Below are positions 17,150 to 24,026 of a stretch of 24,026 nt of DNA, one piece after another. The stretch is from positions 1 through 24,026 of the forward strand of contig RDOE01000052.1 of the NCBI GenBank assembly GCA_011364975.1, written 5' to 3'. Each line of letters begins with the position of its first letter. The first letter of the stretch is position 1. The notes beneath the pieces were generated by a model that was not told the origin of the DNA, searched no databases, and saw only the letters and a program-made list of their open reading frames with translations. The stretch comes from Promethearchaeota archaeon (lineage in GTDB: Archaea > Asgardarchaeota > Lokiarchaeia > Sigyniarchaeales > SOKP01). The position numbers were made by a program, and so were the translations under genes.

Positions 17150-17249
17150 TGCTATTGATTGAAATAAATCTTTAATCCCCTTTAAGTATCATATACCACT
17201 TTTTTAATTTAATTATTAATTTTAAATAGATCTAAAAATTCCCAATACT

Positions 17250-18365
17250 ATGAATAATAATCAGAATGATATTTATCACCGATTACAAGAGCATCTTGAT
17301 ACTATGCCTGTGGGATATCCCGCAACAAAATCAGGGATCGAAATCAAGATTTTGAAGCGATTATTTACTCCCGAACAAGCCCAAATTGCTCTTAATCTTA
17401 AATTTCAACCCGAAAAAATTAAAACTATCTATAGGAGAATAAAGAGTACTGGTATAAGTATTGAAGAATTAGAACAAAAATTAGATGAGATGTATTTTAA
17501 CGGTTTAATAAATCGGGGTATAACAAATGAAGGGGGAATTGAGGTAAAATATTATGCTTCCGCGCCATGTGTGGTCGGATTTTATGAATATCAATTAAAA
17601 AAGTTAACACCTGAACTTTATCGCGATGCTGAACAATATTTAAGAGAATTTTTCGTACATGAATATAATAAAACAGGAATTCCACAATTAAGAGTTATTC
17701 CTATAGAAGAAAGTGTTGAAATCAAACACGCAATAGCTAATTACGATGAATTAAGAACTTTAATCGAAGAGATTGGGGGTCCTATTGCACTTTCGGAATG
17801 TATATGTAGGAAAGGTAAAGATTTGATTAGTGATCCATGTAAAAAGACCACTTTACGAGAGAGTTGTTTTTCTTTTAGGAATGGCGCTAAAAGTCTGATT
17901 GAAAAGGGAGATGCACGGGAAATTACAAAGGAAGAAGCACTTAAGATTTTAGATAAAGCACAGGATGATGGGTTGGTATTACAACCGGGAAATTCCTTGA
18001 GACCTCTAATGCTTTGTACTTGCTGTGGTTGTTGTTGTGGGGTACTTACAAACCAGAAAATGATTCCGGAACCCGCTAATTTCTTTGCCACTAATTATTA
18101 TGCGAAAGTTGATGATGATTTATGCATAGGATGCGGTACATGTGAAGAACGTTGTAATATGGATGCGGTGCATGTTGAAAATGCACTCGCTATAGTTGAT
18201 AAGCTAAGATGCATCGGATGTGGTGCTTGTGTACCCTCCTGTACTTCTGAAGCTATAAAACTGTACCGAAAAGAAGATGAGATTATTCCCCCAAAAAATA
18301 CCCTCGCAACATATATGACTATAATGGATAGAAAAGCAGAATTAGCTCGAGCAGAAAAAAATTAA
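17250..18365 (+). CDS. 4Fe-4S binding protein with N-terminal HTH-like domain and Cys-rich cluster motif
   Basis: ILKRLFTPEQA N-terminal domain, CICR...C...C, CTCCGCCC, and two ferredoxin motifs CIGCGTCEERC and CIGCGACVPSC. Confidence 0.88.
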   Translation: MNNNQNDIYHRLQEHLDTMPVGYPATKSGIEIKILKRLFTPEQAQIALNLKFQPEKIKTIYRRIKSTGISIEELEQKLDEMYFNGLINRGITNEGGIEVKYYASAPCVVGFYEYQLKKLTPELYRDAEQYLREFFVHEYNKTGIPQLRVIPIEESVEIKHAIANYDELRTLIEEIGGPIALSECICRKGKDLISDPCKKTTLRESCFSFRNGAKSLIEKGDAREITKEEALKILDKAQDDGLVLQPGNSLRPLMLCTCCGCCCGVLTNQKMIPEPANFFATNYYAKVDDDLCIGCGTCEERCNMDAVHVENALAIVDKLRCIGCGACVPSCTSEAIKLYRKEDEIIPPKNTLATYMTIMDRKAELARAEKN

Positions 18366-18389
18366 TTTTTTTTTTAATTTTTCTCTTTT
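18366..18389 (+). terminator. Oligo-T terminator candidate
   Basis: T10 immediately after the stop codon, followed by further T-runs. Confidence 0.5.
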
Positions 18390-18637
18390 GAATTTATTTT
18401 AAAGATCAAAACAAAAAGTAAATGATTTATATCATCTAATAATTTGGGTGTGTTATCTTCTATAAAAGTTTAAAATTCTTCAAAAAGATCTTAATATTGC
18501 TAAATTAAGGATAATAAAAAGCATATATCAAACTATTACTAACTAGATCACTTAATTGAGAAATTTTTAAAATCTAAGCTTCATCTTTTTATTAAATCAG
18601 AATTTTTAGAATGCAAATTAGTGAAAATTGATGTTTA

Positions 18638-19528
18638 ATGAATAAAATCGATAATTCTGTCATTGAAATAGATTTGGATAATTGTACTAAATGTAATGCA
18701 TGTGTGAATGATTGCGTGTATCATCTATTTTATACTGAATCAGAAGAACTTCAGATTACAAAAAATTTTGAAGAACAATGTATTTTATGTGGTCATTGTG
18801 TAGCAGTTTGTCCTGTAGATGTAATTAAGTTAAAAATTCATAAAGACACCCCCATTAGAAAAATATTTAAAACAGAAGAGATACCAAACTATGATTCCTT
18901 ATATAAACTTGCCTTAAAAAGAAGATCTGTTAGACAATTTACAACTGAACTAGTATCAAAACAATTAATTGAAAAATTGTTAGAATTGGCGAGATATTCA
19001 CCAACAGGTAATAATACTGAAAATGTGTTTTATACTGTTGTTCAGAATAAGCAAATTGTTACTAGTATCTCTAATTATATTACCATGAAAGTTAAAAGAT
19101 TTGTTGAGTCTATGGATGATCCCAAAGGTCGTGAGTTCTTAAAAACCAGATTATCTACGGTTGAATTTGACCTTGCATTAGAGAATCTTCCCAAAAACAA
19201 AGCTATATTAAAAGTTATTGATGATGGGATTGATTATTGGTGCTGGGATGGTGAATTAATCTTTATTCATGGAGATATCACAATAGGAGGTATATCTAGT
19301 AATACAGCATTAGCCGCTGCTCATATTATGTTTGCAGCAGAAACTCTTGGATTAGGAACGTGTTCTTTGGGATATTTAACCTATTATACGAATCAATCAG
19401 AAACCATTAAGAAATGGATAAACTTACCAGAGAATCATGAAGTAGGTTATTCATTAGTAATTGGATATCCAAAAGTAAAATACAAAAGGATACCTTCGCG
19501 AGAACAAATTCGAGTTCAATGGTTATAA
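18638..19528 (+). CDS. Nitroreductase family protein with N-terminal 2x[4Fe-4S] ferredoxin domain
   Basis: CTKCNACVNDC and CILCGHCVAVCP, RRSVRQF, ARYSPTGNN, AAETLGLGTC, IGYP. Confidence 0.92.
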   Translation: MNKIDNSVIEIDLDNCTKCNACVNDCVYHLFYTESEELQITKNFEEQCILCGHCVAVCPVDVIKLKIHKDTPIRKIFKTEEIPNYDSLYKLALKRRSVRQFTTELVSKQLIEKLLELARYSPTGNNTENVFYTVVQNKQIVTSISNYITMKVKRFVESMDDPKGREFLKTRLSTVEFDLALENLPKNKAILKVIDDGIDYWCWDGELIFIHGDITIGGISSNTALAAAHIMFAAETLGLGTCSLGYLTYYTNQSETIKKWINLPENHEVGYSLVIGYPKVKYKRIPSREQIRVQWL

Positions 19529-19694
19529 ATTAACAATTATTTGGATTTTCTTTTATAATAATTAATAATAATTTATTTCATTAAGGGAATATTTTAATCG
19601 AAGTTTTTTATAAAACGGTTAACTTTTTAACTTATTCCAAAATTAAAATTATAAATTATAAATAATAAAAAAAACCTAAGAGGATTAACAAATT

Positions 19695-20291
19695 ATGGAT
19701 GAAGAAGTAAGTGATGAGGGTTTTTGGAAGTTTGTTCTCAAAAAACATTGGTTAAAACTAATTCCATTTATCTTAATTGCTTTTGGGGCTTTCATTTCTG
19801 GTGTTTATGTATTTCTTTGGCATAACGAAATTGGGGGTTACTGGAACTACACTTTTAATGACTGGTCATTTGCTGCTATTTGGGTATATTTATTTTGGTT
19901 TGCACTAAGAGAATTCTTATTAGTGGCTTTACCCACTTTAGCAGTTTTTGGTATAATCTTTGGAATAATTTGGTTTACAATGTCGGAAGATTTACGAGCA
20001 GAGTTAAAGGAAAGAGGAAAGCGCGAAGACAAAAAGGAAGAGAAAGATTGGTGGAAAAAGAAGGGTAAACCAGTAGCTCAAGGTGGTGGATTCGGCGGTT
20101 TTTCTGTCCTTGTAATGATTGCCTTCCTTATTATTGTATTTGTTGATGGTAATTGGGAAGTCTCTTTTGATAATTTACCATTGATATATTTTGTTAGGAC
20201 CTTCATTACTGCAATGATTTGGATTGCAATTATCTTTGGAATTCCAGCAACAATTGGAATCATATTTTGGCTTTGGAAGAAATTAAAATAA
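19695..20291 (+). CDS. Hypothetical membrane protein (about 4 TM)
   Basis: GAGG SD upstream. Hydrophobic segments flank a charged loop and GGGFGG. Confidence 0.75.
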   Translation: MDEEVSDEGFWKFVLKKHWLKLIPFILIAFGAFISGVYVFLWHNEIGGYWNYTFNDWSFAAIWVYLFWFALREFLLVALPTLAVFGIIFGIIWFTMSEDLRAELKERGKREDKKEEKDWWKKKGKPVAQGGGFGGFSVLVMIAFLIIVFVDGNWEVSFDNLPLIYFVRTFITAMIWIAIIFGIPATIGIIFWLWKKLK

Positions 20292-20302
20292 AACTTATTA
20301 AC

Positions 20303-20321
20303 TTTTTTTTATATTTTTTTT
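20303..20321 (+). terminator. Oligo-T terminator candidate
   Basis: Two T8 tracts starting about 12 bp after the stop codon. Confidence 0.5.
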
Positions 20322-20391
20322 ACCAAATGAACTATTAAGTATTTAGATCTTTTATGATGTGTTAACTTATACAAAAAGTAATGTCTGCTTA

Positions 20392-21921
20392 TTAGGTTCC
20401 CGCAATTCTTTTTGGATAATGAGATTGTTCTTTAAGGCACTCGTGCAATAACAGATTCGTTAATTGAAAGCGTAATTCCTTAAATTCATTTTTGAACCAT
20501 AAGTTGTCAATTTCATCTCGATCGGCTTTCCAATTAAATAGATCACCATAATCATGAAAACCTTCATAAATAGTTAACTTATGGTTTTTAGTTATTAAAT
20601 GCCTTAATCTTGCATAAATTGGTCCAACTTCTTCATCATTTTCAATTAAGCAGCAATCTCGGGGTTGAATTTTTAAATTATTGGGTTCCCTAAGCACATT
20701 AGACATATCAAAACCTTGCATATCTGGTGGTCTTTTACGTTTAGGAATATCTAATAATGAAAGAATAGTGGTAGGATAATCAATAGAGCTCATTAAAGCA
20801 TCAGTTGTGCCTTTCTTTGTTATTTCAGGGACCCTCCAAATCATGGGTATATGAAAAACCCCCATGTATGCGGAAGGTCCTTTAAATAGCATCCCGTGTT
20901 CGGCCATTAAATCACCATGATCGCTATTATATACTACTATCGTGTCATTATCATAGCCTAACTTAGCTAAAGAAGCAAGAACTTGACCAATACCTGCATC
21001 CAATAAAGCAAGTGTTCCATAAGTCAATGCTATAAATTTTAAAGCCTCTTCTTCATTAGTTTCTCGAAGCATTGCCCCTGGCATTACATTAATATATTCT
21101 TTCAAGTATGGATGTTGCCGTAGGTTTTTAAGATCATAGAAATTATTCGGTAATGTGACTTGTTCTGGTTTATACATATTTAAATAATCCCCGGGGGGCC
21201 AAACACTTTGATGAGGGTCTGGAAATGAGCAATGTACATAAAATGGCTTCGATCCGTATTTTCCCTCAGCATGGCGTTCTAAAAATGCAATAGTGCGTTC
21301 TACCACGTATGCAGTTGAGTAAAGCTCAACAGGTATTTCATGCTCACAAAATACCGCAAAGAAATTATCAATATTTTTCCATCTTTTTTTCATTTTACTA
21401 GCAAGATTTGGGGCACGTTCTTCAAGCCAGTCTAAATAATGTCCAGTTAAGCATGCACCATGACCAATTACAGTTTCCACCTCTTGATATCCATAATAAG
21501 GAATCGGAAAATTCTCTCGAACTGGACAATTTTCATTTTTTCCAAATACCCAATCATGGAATGATTCTGCAGAACGATCATTAGTTCTATATGGTGCGGT
21601 ATTAAACTGATGATGCAATTTTCCAAAAGCAGCAGTATACCACCCATTATTAACTAATGTTTGAGTAATTGTAGGTATTTCCTTGGAAAGAATCATACCA
21701 TTGCTCCGAGCTCCATGGATGTTTGGGTAAAGACCCGTTAATAACGTTGCTCTATTAGGCATGCACATTGGATTAGTGCAGAAAGCATTTGTGAATCTGA
21801 CTCCCTCACTTGCAAATTTATCAAGATTTGGTGTTTTTAGAATCCTATTACCCGCGCAACTCATGTGATCTGCTCTATGTTGATCACTGATGATAAATAA
21901 AACGTTCTTTTTTTCAACCAT
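20392..21921 (-). CDS. Sulfatase (formylglycine-dependent, Cys-type; arylsulfatase/choline-sulfatase-like)
   Basis: NVLFIISDQHR, TPNLD, CMPNRATLLTG (CxPxR), GKLH, FPDPH, SDHGD, KG. Confidence 0.93.
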   Translation of the reverse strand: MVEKKNVLFIISDQHRADHMSCAGNRILKTPNLDKFASEGVRFTNAFCTNPMCMPNRATLLTGLYPNIHGARSNGMILSKEIPTITQTLVNNGWYTAAFGKLHHQFNTAPYRTNDRSAESFHDWVFGKNENCPVRENFPIPYYGYQEVETVIGHGACLTGHYLDWLEERAPNLASKMKKRWKNIDNFFAVFCEHEIPVELYSTAYVVERTIAFLERHAEGKYGSKPFYVHCSFPDPHQSVWPPGDYLNMYKPEQVTLPNNFYDLKNLRQHPYLKEYINVMPGAMLRETNEEEALKFIALTYGTLALLDAGIGQVLASLAKLGYDNDTIVVYNSDHGDLMAEHGMLFKGPSAYMGVFHIPMIWRVPEITKKGTTDALMSSIDYPTTILSLLDIPKRKRPPDMQGFDMSNVLREPNNLKIQPRDCCLIENDEEVGPIYARLRHLITKNHKLTIYEGFHDYGDLFNWKADRDEIDNLWFKNEFKELRFQLTNLLLHECLKEQSHYPKRIAGT

Positions 21922-22035
21922 GAATATAAAAGGTTCTTCTAATAAAGAAAATTAATTATGAATAATTTAGGATATATTTAAAGTTATATACTCACTACCA
22001 ATTAGATTTTGACATTTTTATGAAAAATTCCAACG

Positions 22036-22938
22036 TTAGGCTATAAAAAAAATTATTAATGAGATACTACCTAGTATTGCAATTATGAAACCAATTGCTC
22101 TTCCCATAACTTTAGCAGATATTTTTTGAATGTAAAATGAGGCTATTATGGCTGTAATAATAGAACCAATAGCAAGATAAAATGAAATTTCAATATCTAG
22201 AAAAAACCTATTTTTTAGAAATACTCCTAAAACTTGATATATAATAAAGGTTGATAAACAAATAAAGATACTTAATATTAGAGCTGTTCCAACTCCTTTT
22301 TTCAAGGGATATCCATATATAATTACTAAAGCCAATACAAAAATTAATCCTGAAGCCGCTCCAAACATCCCTGAATTAATGCCGATAAATGCTCCAAAAA
22401 ACAAAGCCAGAAGAAAAAATAATTTAGAACGTTTGTGGAGGTTTTTGGTATGATTTTTGTCTACAACTTCTTTTAAAACTATATCTTGATCATTTAAATT
22501 AAGCTCTTTTTTTGTTTTCTTAGTAATTACATCAATTATTTTCTTTAGCGATTCATTTGTAGGGAATCCTTGTTTAATGAATAATAAACCAAGAACAATT
22601 ATGAACGCGGGAATAAACCAACCATAAATGGTCCCTAAGGAGGTTGTCATTAAGGTTAAGACTCCAAAAAATGAAACAAAAACAGCGATTACGATTATAA
22701 GAAAAATATCACCCCTTATTTCAAATTCTCTATTTTTAAAATATCTAATACTGGCAAACAGAGTAGTTATTAAGTCATTTAATAAATTAATAGCAATCGC
22801 TAAAAATACGTCGCCAGTAAATAACAAAACAATTGGTAAAACAACACCTTGACCAGTTTGCCCAGCAATACTTATACTAATCCCTACTAACGCACCAATT
22901 CCAATTAAGATCACTATTTGAAAAAGTTCTAACGGCAT
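22036..22938 (-). CDS. Sulfite exporter TauE/SafE family protein
   Basis: Two repeated Gly-rich TM halves (GISISIAGQTGQG; GINSGMFGAASG), KKGVGTAL, about 8 TM. Confidence 0.8.
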   Translation of the reverse strand: MPLELFQIVILIGIGALVGISISIAGQTGQGVVLPIVLLFTGDVFLAIAINLLNDLITTLFASIRYFKNREFEIRGDIFLIIVIAVFVSFFGVLTLMTTSLGTIYGWFIPAFIIVLGLLFIKQGFPTNESLKKIIDVITKKTKKELNLNDQDIVLKEVVDKNHTKNLHKRSKLFFLLALFFGAFIGINSGMFGAASGLIFVLALVIIYGYPLKKGVGTALILSIFICLSTFIIYQVLGVFLKNRFFLDIEISFYLAIGSIITAIIASFYIQKISAKVMGRAIGFIIAILGSISLIIFFIA

Positions 22939-23037
22939 TTATAAGAAAAATTAATAATTATATAAGAATTTAATAATCCTTTTGATGAATTAAAATATAA
23001 AGTTAACATATTAATTGCTTTGATTGAGATAAATAAG

Positions 23038-24026
23038 ATGAATATTGAGATTTCTAAAGAAGATGCGTCTTATATGTATGATTTAGTTCAAAATATAATA
23101 GATGACGTAGGACCACGTATGGCCTGCAGCCCGCAAGAATTTAAGGGCGCAACCATAATTAGAAATGAGCTCGATAAAGTATGTGATGAAGCAATAATAG
23201 AGGAGTTTTATTGCAGCCCAAGAGCATTTCTAGGATGGACAAAACTTATAGTAATTATGGGAATTATGTCAATTATTTTACACTTTTTAACTTTATTAAC
23301 TTTAGATTTCACTATACTTCTGTTATTATCGATAATTTCTATAATATTGATAATTTCTGTTGTAGTGATAATCTGGGAAGAATTCTTTAACTATAGAGAG
23401 TTTATTGATACGCTTTTCAGAAAGAAAAAGTCTCAAAATGTAATTGGAACGTTTAAGGCAAAAGGAGAGGTTAAAAATTTATTAATATTTTCAAGCCATA
23501 ACGATTCTGCTTTACAATTTAATCTATTAAAGTGGTTAAGATGGGCATCCCTTCCATTACTATTTGGTGCTTTACTAATAGTAATAATTTGGTTAATAAT
23601 ATCATTTAGTTATTTTCTAATTATTGCTATGGGATTTCTTTCTTTAAAATCCATTTTTATAATTCCTACAATTTTGTTGTTTCTTTTTGGATTACCATGC
23701 TTTATAGCCGTATTTCTTTTTATACCATTTGGGGATAAAGGAAATGTCGTTCCGGGAGCTGTAGATAACCTTAGTTCATGTTCTGTAATAGTAGGCTTAG
23801 CTAGATATTTAAAGAAGCACAAAGATATTATTCCACCTAGTACTGAATTAAGGCTTGTAAGTTTTGGTTGCGAAGAATGTGGGTTACGTGGGGCTTATCG
23901 ATATGTAGAAAAACATTTAGATGAAATGAAAAATCTCAATACTTCTATTATCAATATGGATGGATTAGAAACTCCAAATGGCTTTTTAATCATTGATTAT
24001 GAACCTACTACCCGAACTAAACATTC
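23038..24026 (+). CDS. M28 family metallopeptidase with membrane insertions (truncated at window edge; absent from ORF track)
   Basis: Manual translation from ATG 23038: MNIEISKEDASYMY...GPRMACSPQE...SQNVIG...SSHNDSA...PGAVDNLSS...FGCEECGLRGA...INMDG. The frame is open to the end of the window. Confidence 0.88.
   Translation, partial: MNIEISKEDASYMYDLVQNIIDDVGPRMACSPQEFKGATIIRNELDKVCDEAIIEEFYCSPRAFLGWTKLIVIMGIMSIILHFLTLLTLDFTILLLLSIISIILIISVVVIIWEEFFNYREFIDTLFRKKKSQNVIGTFKAKGEVKNLLIFSSHNDSALQFNLLKWLRWASLPLLFGALLIVIIWLIISFSYFLIIAMGFLSLKSIFIIPTILLFLFGLPCFIAVFLFIPFGDKGNVVPGAVDNLSSCSVIVGLARYLKKHKDIIPPSTELRLVSFGCEECGLRGAYRYVEKHLDEMKNLNTSIINMDGLETPNGFLIIDYEPTTRTKH

Noticed and set aside
256-23822. 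Short ORF-track entries antisense to or overlapping real genes (256..468, 1720..1926, 2993..3247, 3747..3983, 5599..5820, 7786..8043, 9071..9256, 11591..11773, 14750..14980, 15234..15428, 16537..16815, 17497..17685, 17741..18091, 19847..20032, 19880..20068, 20078..20263, 22628..22852, 23610..23822)
   Set aside because: Shadow ORFs within or largely overlapping well-supported genes, with no recognisable motifs.
1-24026. CRISPR array, tRNA/rRNA, IS elements, or selenocysteine read-through
   Set aside because: No regularly spaced repeats, GC-rich structured RNA segments, transposase ORFs or interrupted redox genes were seen by eye.

Overview
AT-rich archaeal chromosomal window, most likely from an Asgard archaeon (Lokiarchaeia-like). 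This is inferred from a gelsolin-domain protein, a Rab-like small GTPase without a prenylation tail, a PGF/Loki-CTERM-like surface protein, TATA-type promoters and oligo-T terminators. It holds about 24 protein genes and no rRNA, tRNA, CRISPR or mobile element that I can see. From left to right: heliorhodopsin divergent from a Staygreen (SGR, Mg-dechelatase-like) gene plus an ATP10-like protein; nitronate monooxygenase/FabK-like flavoprotein; MFS transporter; Zn-ribbon coiled-coil protein; Rab-like GTPase; two paralogous acidic surface proteins (one with a sorting-type tail, one with a cytoplasmic domain) followed by a multi-wHTH regulator; an orphan permuted DNA methyltransferase; a coiled-coil/Zn-ribbon protein divergent from a one-domain gelsolin fusion; cupin; ICMT/PEMT-like methyltransferase; flavin reductase; an orphan beta-class DNA methyltransferase; SAM methyltransferase; Fe-S protein; ferredoxin-nitroreductase; a membrane protein; sulfatase; TauE exporter; and a right-truncated membrane M28 peptidase missing from the ORF track. 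The best candidates for undescribed systems are (1) the heliorhodopsin-SGR-ATP10-like cluster, (2) the surface protein / receptor-paralog / wHTH trio and (3) the gelsolin fusion with its divergent coiled-coil partner. All family calls are from motif recognition by eye; no searches were run.
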